Source: a virus (lineage: Duplodnaviria > Caudoviricetes). Taken from it: DNA of 64,000 nucleotides. Positions 9,709-19,390 of this stretch are shown in pieces. The notes beneath the pieces are model-generated. The model searched no databases, had not been told where the DNA came from, and saw nothing but the letters and a program-made list of their open reading frames with translations. Position numbers and translations under genes: made by a program. Location of the stretch: positions 1-64,000 of the IMG/VR virus record IMGVR_UViG_2565956658_000004. One strand, 5' to 3'. The stretch's first letter is position 1. Each line of letters opens with the position of its first letter.

Positions 9709-10139
9709 AAATTAAAATTGGTATCGATTGCGGTGTAAATACAGGTTTTGCTGTTGCCATAGATGGGATTTTAACCCGTGTTGAGTCGATGACAATCACA
9801 CAAGCTATGGAAGCTGTTAAAGAGTTGCATAAACAATATCCAAATTTGATTGTTCGTATCGAGGATGCACGGAAGCGTACATGGTTCGGTAATGCTGATG
9901 CCCGTCAAGCCAAGTCGGGAGCTGGTGTACGTGAGGGAGTCGGGTCAGTTAAGCGCGATTGTTCGATATGGGAGCAATTCTGTATCGAGCAAAACATTAA
10001 GTTTGATCTGGTACATCCAGCAGCAAACATAACTAAAACTGAAGATGCCTACTTTAAGAAACTAACAGGTTGGTCAGGTAGAACAAATGAGCATGGTCGC
10101 GATGCAGCCATGCTAGTACATCAATTTAAAGCGGTTTAG
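9705..10139 (+). CDS. RuvC-fold (RNase H-like) putative resolvase/nuclease
   Basis: IGIDCG, IED and HGRDAA motifs. Confidence 0.65.
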   Translation: MKIKIGIDCGVNTGFAVAIDGILTRVESMTITQAMEAVKELHKQYPNLIVRIEDARKRTWFGNADARQAKSGAGVREGVGSVKRDCSIWEQFCIEQNIKFDLVHPAANITKTEDAYFKKLTGWSGRTNEHGRDAAMLVHQFKAV

Positions 10140-10153
10140 AGAGGGTTTCGACA

Positions 10154-10636
10154 ATGAAGTCTGATGAAGTACGTTCAAATGCACAGCTAGTTCTTGAAGC
10201 GATTGAAGATTTACATGCCCAAGAGCAAATCGTTACTCGTACTACTCTTGCAGATCTAACTGGTTTGCAACTTTCTATTATTGATGATCGATTATCATAT
10301 CTTGTGGACACGGGGCAAATCATCAGGGTTCAACGTGGTGTATTTGTGCCTGCAATCAAGCATCGTACTGCGCGTATGATGACTAAAACCGTTTTGCCCG
10401 ATGGTACTGTCAGTATTGAGATAGGGAATGCCACAACCACTGTTTTAACGCTGACACCACGGGAAGCCCGTAATTTAGGTAATTTATTAATTGGTGAAGC
10501 CATGCAATACAGCAACATTGAGCTTGGTCATCACATGGCAATTATTCAAAGCGAAGTTTCAGGGCAAATGCGTAAATTATCTAAGCAGATGAATGATTTT
10601 TTAGATAATGATAATAAACAAGGTGAATTGTTGTAA
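10154..10636 (+). CDS. Winged-helix protein, candidate late transcription activator
   Basis: TRTTLADLTGL...RVQRGVF wHTH; last gene before the late region. Confidence 0.55.
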   Translation: MKSDEVRSNAQLVLEAIEDLHAQEQIVTRTTLADLTGLQLSIIDDRLSYLVDTGQIIRVQRGVFVPAIKHRTARMMTKTVLPDGTVSIEIGNATTTVLTLTPREARNLGNLLIGEAMQYSNIELGHHMAIIQSEVSGQMRKLSKQMNDFLDNDNKQGELL

Positions 10637-10670
10637 ATTGTTAGGTATAAAATTGATAATATTTTAACAA

Positions 10671-11615
10671 TTGTTGAGGTCTTCAGTGTCGCAGAAATCA
10701 AGCAATCATCACTATGTACCACGAGGTTTATTAAAGAATTGGTACATTAAAAATTCCGACCATAAAAACCAGGGATTTTGGAAATATCAAAGACGAAATG
10801 GTGAAGTTAGTCTTTTTCCTAATCCTAGTTCAACTAAATCCAGTTGTTCAGAGAAACATTTGAACACAACTTATCAAAATATTTTTTCAATTGCTCAAGA
10901 GGTGATTGAGGATAGCGATTCAATTGAGGATGAATTAGCAAAATTGGATACATCTGCCTTAGAAATCATTAATGAGAAACTTGTTTCTAAGGAATATATT
11001 GAATCTTCGGAAAATTCTGATCAAAGTAGCATTCGTTTCGGCATATTGGAAATTGACTCTGAGTTGACAGAGCAAGAAAAAAAAATATTGGCTAAATTTA
11101 TTTTGTCATTACATTTTAGGCATCCAGAAACTCTAGAATTAGCTAAAGAAATGCTTGAAAAAGAAGCACAACCAACTCTTGATTTTTTACAAAAAAAATT
11201 AGAAAAATACGGGATTGGTGATCATTTGGACTTTTATAAAAAGAATACCAATTTATTTACTATGTTAAAGACATTGAATAGTCCTGAAAATTTCCAACAC
11301 ATCTACAATATGGATTGGCGTATAGCGGTTTTCAATAATGATTTCCTTATAAGTGGCGAAAAACCTTTAGTCATTAATTTTTTAAAAAATGAAATCAAAC
11401 CCGATTTAGGATTTACATTGTCTTTATCACCAAATGTTCTCCTGATAGGTAATCATTCTCTATTATTAAAAGATGATCTCGAAAGTTTACAAAAATTTAT
11501 AAATGATTTTATATTAGACTACAATAGTATTGTTTGCGAGCAATCACGATATGCAATTTCTTCTCATGAACTAAATAAAGATTTAGCAGATATTTATTTA
11601 AGCGCATTAAAATAA
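10671..11615 (+). CDS. DUF4238-like protein (moron)
   Basis: N-terminal HHYVPRGLLKNW; low GC. Confidence 0.7.
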   Translation: MLRSSVSQKSSNHHYVPRGLLKNWYIKNSDHKNQGFWKYQRRNGEVSLFPNPSSTKSSCSEKHLNTTYQNIFSIAQEVIEDSDSIEDELAKLDTSALEIINEKLVSKEYIESSENSDQSSIRFGILEIDSELTEQEKKILAKFILSLHFRHPETLELAKEMLEKEAQPTLDFLQKKLEKYGIGDHLDFYKKNTNLFTMLKTLNSPENFQHIYNMDWRIAVFNNDFLISGEKPLVINFLKNEIKPDLGFTLSLSPNVLLIGNHSLLLKDDLESLQKFINDFILDYNSIVCEQSRYAISSHELNKDLADIYLSALK

Positions 11616-11660
11616 CCCCCTATAAGGTTCGACACTCCCACCTAACTCACTGATCATTAT
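11616..11660 (+). promoter_or_regulatory. Late-promoter motif copy 1 (before terS)
   Basis: CCCCCTATAAGGTTCGAC followed by a -10-like hexamer. Confidence 0.7.
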
Positions 11661-11677
11661 GCTATTGAAAGAGCATA

Positions 11678-12343
11678 GTGATCATGTCTGAAAAAAAAGT
11701 AATTGATTGGGAAAAAATTGAACTCGATTATCGGGCTGGCGTTAAGTCTTTGCGCGAAATTGCTACCGACCATGAAATTTCAGAGGGTGCAATTCGTAAG
11801 CGTGCCAAGCGCGATGATTGGGTTCGTGATCTATCTGCAAAAATCAAAGCTAAAGCAGAGGATTTGGTACGCAAAGACTTGGTACGCAGTGAAGTACGCA
11901 CCCAAAACACTATTTCAGAAAAAGAGACAATTGATGCCAATGCACAGCAACAGGCAGCAGTGCGATTGTCTCAACGCAAGGATATTCTGCGTTCACGTTC
12001 TATCACAATGAAACTATTTGATGAACTTGAGTATCAAGTTGGTGTTGAAAATGCTGAACTTCTGGAACAGCTTGGCGAGATCATGCGAGATGAGGATGAG
12101 AAAGGGCAGGATAAATTAAATGATGTTTATCACAAAATCATTTCATTACCTGGGCGTGTTAAGGCTGCTAAGGATTTAAGCGATGCTCTTAGTACATTGA
12201 TTCGGCTAGAACGTCAGGCATTTGATCTCGATGATAAGAACAATACAACGATAGACCCACTTCAAGCACTACTCGATCGTATCTCTCAGGGTAATAGTTC
12301 GGCACTGTCACCAGTTGCACAGGACAAAGACTATGAGAATTAA
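11678..12343 (+). CDS. terS: Terminase small subunit
   Basis: DWEKIELDYRAG...SLREIA...AIRKRAKRDDW HTH; upstream of terL. Confidence 0.8.
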   Translation: MIMSEKKVIDWEKIELDYRAGVKSLREIATDHEISEGAIRKRAKRDDWVRDLSAKIKAKAEDLVRKDLVRSEVRTQNTISEKETIDANAQQQAAVRLSQRKDILRSRSITMKLFDELEYQVGVENAELLEQLGEIMRDEDEKGQDKLNDVYHKIISLPGRVKAAKDLSDALSTLIRLERQAFDLDDKNNTTIDPLQALLDRISQGNSSALSPVAQDKDYEN

Positions 12344-12445
12344 TACTGTGTACGTGAATATCACAATGATTGACCCACATCAAAATTATTCTATTCACGT
12401 ACACGCGTTTATTTTGCCTAAATTTATACAAAATGAGGTAATGAC

Positions 12446-14110
12446 GTGTTTAATGCTGCTCTAAAGCCTCTACCAACAAATGAAGCAGAACTTGAGCGCT
12501 GCCTTGCTGACCCTATTTGGCGTATTTTTTCAGGTTGCCTGTATAAGATTAAAATTAAGGGTGACGACTTTCGGGATGAATATGGTGTATTGCAAGTAGC
12601 TGAATCGTTTGAAATGCCATTTAAGCCGAATGAAGCCCAGATTAGATTCATGGATCGGCTTTGGTACCGCAATATTATTTTAAAAGCCCGTCAGCTTGGC
12701 TTTACGACACTGATATGTGTCTTGTGGCTTGACCATGCACTTTTTAACGCAAACCAGAACTGCGGCATCATCGCTCAGGACTTACCAACTGTTTTTAATA
12801 TCTTCAAAGATAAGATTAAGTTTGCCTACGATAATCTGCCACCAGAGATACGTGAAAGGTTTCCTTTAAAAACCTGCAATAAATCAGAGATGGAGTTTGC
12901 CCATAATGGCTCAACCATTCGTGTAGCAACTTCTTTCCGTTCAGGAACCATTCACCGCTTACATATTTCCGAGTTCGGTAAAATCTGTGCCACTGATCCT
13001 GCCAAAGATGATGAGGTAATTGAGGGTTCAATTCCAACAGTGCCAACCAATGGTGTTCTTGTCATTGAATCAACGGCAGAGGGCCGCAACGGTTCATTCT
13101 ATGAAATGGTGCAGCTTGCACAGAAGAATTATGCGTTACGCAAAATATTAAATAGTAAAGAGTATCGCTTTCATTTTTATGCATGGTGGCAAGAACCCAA
13201 ATATCGTCTTGATGCTTCAGCTATTCATATTTCAGCAGATGATCATGCCTATTTTGATGAAATTCAAATAAAAGTCAAAGAGGTAATGAACATTGATTGT
13301 CGAATCGACCCAGATCAACGAGCATGGTATGTCTTAACACGTGACAATGACTTGCGTGGCGATCAGTCTAAAATGTGGCAAGAATATCCATCATTCCCTG
13401 ATGAAGCATTCCAGGTTGCTAAAGATGGTAATTATTATGCCAAGGATATGTTGGCACTTAGAAGACGTGGTGGTGTATGTGAGGTTGAAGTCCTTGATAT
13501 ACCAGTAAACACATTTTGGGATATTGGAAATAGTGATGGCTGTTTTATCTGGTATCAGCAATCAATGAACCAACAAGACCGTTTTATTAATTGTTACGAA
13601 GCCCACGGTGAGAACCTACAGCATTATGTTGCAGAGCTGACAAGTCATGGTTATGTATTTGGTACACATTATTTACCGCATGACGCAGCTCATCGACGGT
13701 TAGGTGATTTCAATAAATCCACATTAGAACAATTAGAGGATTTATTACCTGGACATAATTTTGTAATCGTTCCACGTATCACCTTATTAAATACAGGCAT
13801 TCAATTAACCCGTAAATGCATGAAAAATTACTGGTTTGATAAAAAGCGATGCAAATTAGGTATTGAGCGAATTGAGGGCTATCAAAAGAAATTTTCGCAA
13901 ACAGAGAAGCGTTTTATTGATGTACCCAACAAGGCAAATGGATGTAGTGAGAGTGCAGATGCCTTGCGACAACACGCACAGGCAAAAGAAGCAGGTTTAC
14001 TAGAAGATTATGTTCATACGCAAAGCCGTGTAGGGCTTGGTGATAGTGAAAAAAGACATGATGATTTGTATGAATATCAAGATGAGCCGACAGACTGGCG
14101 GTTAGTGTAA
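12446..14110 (+). CDS. terL: Terminase large subunit
   Basis: LKARQLGFTT, LHISE, ESTAEG, WDIG and LPHD motifs. Confidence 0.95.
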   Translation: MFNAALKPLPTNEAELERCLADPIWRIFSGCLYKIKIKGDDFRDEYGVLQVAESFEMPFKPNEAQIRFMDRLWYRNIILKARQLGFTTLICVLWLDHALFNANQNCGIIAQDLPTVFNIFKDKIKFAYDNLPPEIRERFPLKTCNKSEMEFAHNGSTIRVATSFRSGTIHRLHISEFGKICATDPAKDDEVIEGSIPTVPTNGVLVIESTAEGRNGSFYEMVQLAQKNYALRKILNSKEYRFHFYAWWQEPKYRLDASAIHISADDHAYFDEIQIKVKEVMNIDCRIDPDQRAWYVLTRDNDLRGDQSKMWQEYPSFPDEAFQVAKDGNYYAKDMLALRRRGGVCEVEVLDIPVNTFWDIGNSDGCFIWYQQSMNQQDRFINCYEAHGENLQHYVAELTSHGYVFGTHYLPHDAAHRRLGDFNKSTLEQLEDLLPGHNFVIVPRITLLNTGIQLTRKCMKNYWFDKKRCKLGIERIEGYQKKFSQTEKRFIDVPNKANGCSESADALRQHAQAKEAGLLEDYVHTQSRVGLGDSEKRHDDLYEYQDEPTDWRLV

Positions 14111-14128
14111 AAAATTGGAGCAAATAAC

Positions 14129-16393
14129 ATGACAGACAATACGCCAGTAAATGACGAGCTAGAATTAAATTTACATGAAGTACAAGAAATACACTACGAA
14201 ATTGAGCACCAACCGTTATGGCGCAGTACCGCTGATAAAGAAATGGATTACGCAGATGGTAATCAGCTTGAAAGTGATCTGCTCAAACGTATGGAAGCAA
14301 TTGGCATTCCACCTGCAGTAGAGAACTTAATTGGTCCAGCGATACGGGCTATTGAGGGTTTTGAAACAAGTACACGTACAGATTGGCGTGTCACTGCAAA
14401 TGGTGAACCGGGCGGACAGGATGTTGCCGATGCTCTTAACTACAAATTGAACCAAGCTGAGAAACAATCTAAAGCTGATAAAGCGTGTAGCAATGCGTTC
14501 AGACCTCAAATTTGTTGCGGTATTGGTTGGGTTGAAGTAAAGCGAGAATCTAATCCATTAGAATATCCTTATCGTTGTACGGCTGTGCACCGCAATGAAA
14601 TTCATTGGGATATGAAAGCTCAGGAAGATGATTTAAGTGATGCTCGTTGGCTCAGACGCAAGCGTTGGGTTCATCCACAACGGTTAAAAGCAGCATTTTC
14701 ACAGCATAGAGATTTGATTGAGCGAATTGCACAGCATGGTTCATCGTGGTGGGAACATGATGGTGTATTAGATGGTGGACAAAGTACAAACTTGAGTAAT
14801 GCTTGGGCTAATCAACGTGCTTGGTCATTAGAAGAACAGTATTGGTACAATCCATCATCTAAAGAGATTCTTGTCTGTGAATATTGGTATCGACGCTGGG
14901 TTGAAGTCATCATGTTACGCTTTAACGATGGTCGTATCGTAGAGTTTGATGAAGATAATCCTGCACATTTATTTGCGGCAGCTAATGGCCATGCAATACC
15001 AGAACGTGCGACCGTTGCACGTGTGCGTCGTGCTTATTGGATTGGCCCACACCAGTTACACGATTCACCTTCGCCATATCCGCATAAATATTTTCCATAT
15101 GTACCGTTCTTTGCGTTCCGTGAGGACAATACGCGCATACCATTCGGTTTTATTCGTGATATGAAGTATCCGCAGGACTTGGTGAACAGCACACAAGCCA
15201 AGTTGCGTTGGGGTATGAGTAGTGTCCGTGTTACAGCAACGAAAGGAGCTACCAAGCTAACACCTATGCAGGTTCGCCAACAGATCGCACGTCCTGATAG
15301 TTATATCGAATTAGATAGAACTCATATGGCACAGCAAGGCTCTCGTTTTGAAGTAGATCGAGACTTTGAACTGAATCAGTATCAATTTCAGATGTTGAAT
15401 GATGGGCGTATGGCAATTGAGCGAACTAGTAGCATTACGTCAGGATTTCAAGGAAAACAAGGCTCAGCTACTTCAGGTAAACAGGAAGCGATTCAGGTTG
15501 AACAGTCTGATCGTTCAATGCAAAAAGTAATGGACAATTTTAAGGAATCAAGAACTTTAGTTGGTGAACAACTTATTGCCCTAATCATTGAGGACCTTGG
15601 GCAGAAAGAAGAAGTGGTCATTATCGAAGGTGATGCAGTAACAGAAGATCGTCGAGTGCATATCAATAAACCAGAAGTGGATGAATTGGGGTACACATAC
15701 CTTTCAAATGACGTACAGCGTACTCGACTTATGGTTGCATTGTCAGATGTACCAAGCTCTAAAAGCTTTATGGAACAGCAAATGCGTGCATTGTCTGAGA
15801 TTATTAAGTCATTACCTGCCAATATTCAGGTTGCTGTATTGCCTTATGTTATTGCGCTTACTGATACACCATTCAAGAAAGATGTTATTCAAGCCATTAA
15901 GGATGCTTCACAGGCTCCTACACCAGAGCAAATCCAGCAACAGATTCAGGATGCAGTAAAACAAGCACTGGCTGATGCAGGTAATGATATTAAATTGCGT
16001 GAATTGGAGCTTAAAGAGCGTAAAGCTGGCAGTGAGATTAAAGAAATTGATGCTCGCTCAGTTCAGATTGGTGTCCAAGCTGCATATTCAGCAATGCAGA
16101 CAGGGGTGCAGTTAGCTCAAATGCCTATGATTGGACCTATTGCTGATGAGGTAATGAAGGGGGCAGGCTATCAAAATGCCAAAGGTGATGACCCTAATTT
16201 CCCAACCGCAGAACAGACAGCAGCGCGTGATGTACGTTTACCATATTTAGAAGGTGAAGGGGCGCAGATTGGAAGTGAAGGACTGGCAGAGGTGCAACAG
16301 AATTCCAGTCCTATGAATCCACCTGTTCCTAAGCAAAGTGGTGTAGGTATGCAGGGGATTGAGACGGAGAGGACTTCTGATAATGTTCAGTAA
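14129..16393 (+). CDS. Portal protein (P22-like)
   Basis: 754 aa, after terL; PYVPFF motif; C-terminal coiled coil. Confidence 0.85.
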   Translation: MTDNTPVNDELELNLHEVQEIHYEIEHQPLWRSTADKEMDYADGNQLESDLLKRMEAIGIPPAVENLIGPAIRAIEGFETSTRTDWRVTANGEPGGQDVADALNYKLNQAEKQSKADKACSNAFRPQICCGIGWVEVKRESNPLEYPYRCTAVHRNEIHWDMKAQEDDLSDARWLRRKRWVHPQRLKAAFSQHRDLIERIAQHGSSWWEHDGVLDGGQSTNLSNAWANQRAWSLEEQYWYNPSSKEILVCEYWYRRWVEVIMLRFNDGRIVEFDEDNPAHLFAAANGHAIPERATVARVRRAYWIGPHQLHDSPSPYPHKYFPYVPFFAFREDNTRIPFGFIRDMKYPQDLVNSTQAKLRWGMSSVRVTATKGATKLTPMQVRQQIARPDSYIELDRTHMAQQGSRFEVDRDFELNQYQFQMLNDGRMAIERTSSITSGFQGKQGSATSGKQEAIQVEQSDRSMQKVMDNFKESRTLVGEQLIALIIEDLGQKEEVVIIEGDAVTEDRRVHINKPEVDELGYTYLSNDVQRTRLMVALSDVPSSKSFMEQQMRALSEIIKSLPANIQVAVLPYVIALTDTPFKKDVIQAIKDASQAPTPEQIQQQIQDAVKQALADAGNDIKLRELELKERKAGSEIKEIDARSVQIGVQAAYSAMQTGVQLAQMPMIGPIADEVMKGAGYQNAKGDDPNFPTAEQTAARDVRLPYLEGEGAQIGSEGLAEVQQNSSPMNPPVPKQSGVGMQGIETERTSDNVQ

Positions 16394-16481
16394 TATTCAT
16401 CATTTTAAATTAAAAAATATGATACTTATATTAAAGTGCTCATCAATGGTGATGGATACTTTTACTTTAGGATAAAATAAC

Positions 16482-16742
16482 GTGTTTAATTTTAAAGAAC
16501 TTACCGAACTACTTAATGATACTAAGAAATTACGTGATCAATTTAAGCAACAACTAGAAGGTTTTGAAAATACTTTGCCTCAAGATTTAGCAGATAACGA
16601 AACTATCTACGATGCAAAAGTTGAAGGAAAACCATTGGATCTTGATAAACTACATGAAGATATCAAATCTAGCTACGAAGATACTATCGAGTCTTTTGAT
16701 AAAGCTATTCAAGATTTCGAAGAAATGCTTTCCCTCTCTTAA
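16482..16742 (+). CDS. Small acidic helical protein (moron)
   Basis: AGGA RBS, GTG start, own terminator. Confidence 0.6.
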   Translation: MFNFKELTELLNDTKKLRDQFKQQLEGFENTLPQDLADNETIYDAKVEGKPLDLDKLHEDIKSSYEDTIESFDKAIQDFEEMLSLS

Positions 16743-16762
16743 GTTTGAAATCTGGTTCAGAT

Positions 16763-16806
16763 TTCTAAATAAAAAGACAGTCATTTGACTGTCTTTTTAT
16801 TTAGAA
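16763..16806. terminator. Bidirectional terminator, perfect 21-bp inverted repeat
   Basis: TTCTAAATAAAAAGACAGTCA-TT-TGACTGTCTTTTTATTTAGAA. Confidence 0.8.
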
Positions 16807-17052
16807 TCATCCCTTTTAAATACAGAATTGCAAATTGAACAATAAATTCAAGCTAAAGTATTGAATACATTACATTTAACACTTGCATTGATCGATATAA
16901 GAAATTAAAGAAAAATAGGGATTAGACCAAGAATAAAAACCATTTTTTTTTAAATTTGTAACATAAATTACCAAATGATCAATATTTACTAGTTAGAACT
17001 CAGCTTTCTATATAAAATTGGAACGATAATAAAAAAATATAGGTGCATAAGA

Positions 17053-17907
17053 ATGAAGCTAATACTTGTACTTGGAATATGGAACTATAATTTAGATACA
17101 GATGATGATGAAATTAAACATAAAATAGAAGATATATGGATTGATAGTTTAAAAGAAGGATTAAAAATAGCAAAGTTAGATTCACAGAAACTAAATTCGG
17201 TTGATATCGAGTTAGTTTATTTCGGAGATCTATATAGAAAATTTGATACTTTCATTGCTGATAGTAGTGATGAACTAGAAGCACAGATGTTAGCCGAAGA
17301 AATTGCTTGTGAAATTGATAAAGATCAAGTCGATTTAGCTAAAAGTAAAGTCCAAATCATGGGGCCTGGTAATCAGTTCTTAAAAGAACTAGTCAAAATT
17401 ATTCAAGGAAAATTTCCATTTATAGATAGTTCAATACTCAAAATATTCTGCCAAGAAACAGATTTATATTTTAATAATAAGAAATACTATAATCTGGGTC
17501 GTGAAATTTTTTTTAGTGCTTTAAAACGAGCATCAAAAAAAAAGCAAAAAATCGTTGTGGTCGGACATTCACAAGAATCTGTAATTTCCTATGATTTATT
17601 AGTAAATAGTAATGAATATCCAGTAAATAAGTTAATCACTTTAGGTTTACCGTTAGCGATCAAAAATTTTAATAAAATTTTAAAATCTAGGCATGAAATA
17701 GAAATGCCTAAATCAATAAAAGATGGAAAGTGGTTTAATACCGTTGGAATAGAGGACTTTGTTTCATTATATCCATTAAACGGAAGTATATTCAGAACAT
17801 CCCCTACAATTACGAATATACCTGTACAAATTTATGATCATAGTCCACACGACATTCGGAGCTATTTAAGCAATCCAATAGTTGCGAGTGAAATTTATAT
17901 GTCCTAA
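17053..17907 (+). CDS. Alpha/beta-hydrolase-fold protein with degenerate motifs
   Basis: VVVGHSQES elbow, ITLGLPL, D-F-V and late His. Confidence 0.7.
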   Translation: MKLILVLGIWNYNLDTDDDEIKHKIEDIWIDSLKEGLKIAKLDSQKLNSVDIELVYFGDLYRKFDTFIADSSDELEAQMLAEEIACEIDKDQVDLAKSKVQIMGPGNQFLKELVKIIQGKFPFIDSSILKIFCQETDLYFNNKKYYNLGREIFFSALKRASKKKQKIVVVGHSQESVISYDLLVNSNEYPVNKLITLGLPLAIKNFNKILKSRHEIEMPKSIKDGKWFNTVGIEDFVSLYPLNGSIFRTSPTITNIPVQIYDHSPHDIRSYLSNPIVASEIYMS

Positions 17908-17951
17908 GTTTTATAAACTTATTTTTATTGAGTATATAAGAGGGAAACCTG

Positions 17952-18569
17952 ATGAGTGATCAATTATATAATTGTACTTATGATTTAGATGATACTTATA
18001 TCATTCCTATTAATAGAAATATAAACGACCTTGTTGTGAAAGAAGTACCCAGGTATAGACTTCATGGAACAAAATGGGATAAGAAAAAATTTACTTATAA
18101 TTTTATTAATTTTGATTATTCTGGTTTGGATAATACAGACGTTGTAAATGCATTTCTTATGGCGACTAATCTATGGTGCGAACATATAGATGGGTTGGTA
18201 TTTCAAGAATATAGTTCAAATGATGCCGATATTCAAATAGGATTTTTTGGTGGAAACCACGGAGAAAATTCAAAGTGTAGAAATGATTTTTCCAGTTCAG
18301 GTTGTTATGCACATGCTTTTTTTCCACCACGTGATAGATATGATCTCCGTCTTTGTGGAGATATACATCTCAACAGGAAAGTGCAATTTACAATTAGTGA
18401 GGATGAAACGGATAAAATTGATCTTGTGACAGTTTTTGCTCATGAATTAGGGCATGCACTTGGTCTGGAACACTCAGGAAACTTGGATGCCTTGATGAAT
18501 CAAAAATGTCTGATGCCCCATCGATATCTTACAAACGATGATATTTCTGGAATACAGAGACTTTTTTAA
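17952..18569 (+). CDS. Matrixin-family (M10) zinc metalloprotease
   Basis: HELGHALGLEH, Met-turn ALM, AHAFFP, GDIH. Confidence 0.9.
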   Translation: MSDQLYNCTYDLDDTYIIPINRNINDLVVKEVPRYRLHGTKWDKKKFTYNFINFDYSGLDNTDVVNAFLMATNLWCEHIDGLVFQEYSSNDADIQIGFFGGNHGENSKCRNDFSSSGCYAHAFFPPRDRYDLRLCGDIHLNRKVQFTISEDETDKIDLVTVFAHELGHALGLEHSGNLDALMNQKCLMPHRYLTNDDISGIQRLF

Positions 18570-18633
18570 ATATTTACGCTGTCATTAAATTTATTAAATT
18601 TAATAGACTTAATTTTCTAAAAATGGAGTTACT

Positions 18634-19074
18634 ATGAAAATATTACTCGTAGCAATAATAACATCAATATCTTTGAGTGCGTGTACCACAATCTCCACTC
18701 AGAAGTCCGATTTCAGCAAGAGCCCAAATGGCATAAGAATTATCCCCTCTCAAATAATGCTATTAGTTGATGGAACTGCTAAGAAAACTAGGGTTCTGAC
18801 CGTTCCTGATTATGCTATGGCTTATGATATAAAACCCCACACAGTATTTGCTAAGCATGACTTTAATGTGACTTTATCTGATACAGGTGCTCCGTTAACA
18901 ATTACTTCAAATCAAGATACAACTTCATTTCTATCTATTCTCGGAAAAGCAGTTGATATTGCTAGCAAAGATGCTGCAGGGGGTGGGTTAGTAAATGACG
19001 AGATGAATGGTACTTTTGGTTTGGAATCAGGTGCTTATATTTTTAAAAATAATCAATTCATGAAAATTAAATAA
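18634..19074 (+). CDS. Lipoprotein
   Basis: Signal peptide with LSAC lipobox. Confidence 0.8.
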   Translation: MKILLVAIITSISLSACTTISTQKSDFSKSPNGIRIIPSQIMLLVDGTAKKTRVLTVPDYAMAYDIKPHTVFAKHDFNVTLSDTGAPLTITSNQDTTSFLSILGKAVDIASKDAAGGGLVNDEMNGTFGLESGAYIFKNNQFMKIK

Positions 19075-19095
19075 GTTACTATAACTCCTTGATAT

Positions 19096-19131
19096 TATAT
19101 AAAAAACGACTTAATAGTCGTTTTTTATATA
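19096..19131. terminator. Bidirectional terminator
   Basis: TATATAAAAAACGACT-TAAT-AGTCGTTTTTTATATA. Confidence 0.75.
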
Positions 19132-19258
19132 AACAGAGACTACCAATTAACAGCATGATTACCCACATCGCAATCATGGCTGACACATTCACCAATAATG
19201 CCATTCTTTATTCTGTATTCCTTAGCGCATTGAGCGCAATATTCTGCCATTTTTAATA

Positions 19259-19301
19259 CCCCCTGTAAGGCTAACGCCATCATATCCAATTCCTTGAAAC
19301 T
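19259..19301 (+). promoter_or_regulatory. Late-promoter motif copy 2 (before scaffold/capsid)
   Basis: CCCCCTGTAAGGCTAACG ... GAAACT. Confidence 0.7.
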
Positions 19302-19390
19302 TGTCTCATGTTGAGCAATCAGCAGCTAAACGCTAGATAACTCTAGCCATTCTGACCTTAGCGGCTACAGCGATAAGTAGTAGGAACGAC

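Noticed and set aside
16763-16806. Inverted repeat ending in TTTAGAA, like the I-F handle
   Set aside because: A perfect hairpin with A/T tails after a stop codon is explained as a terminator; no repeat-spacer structure.
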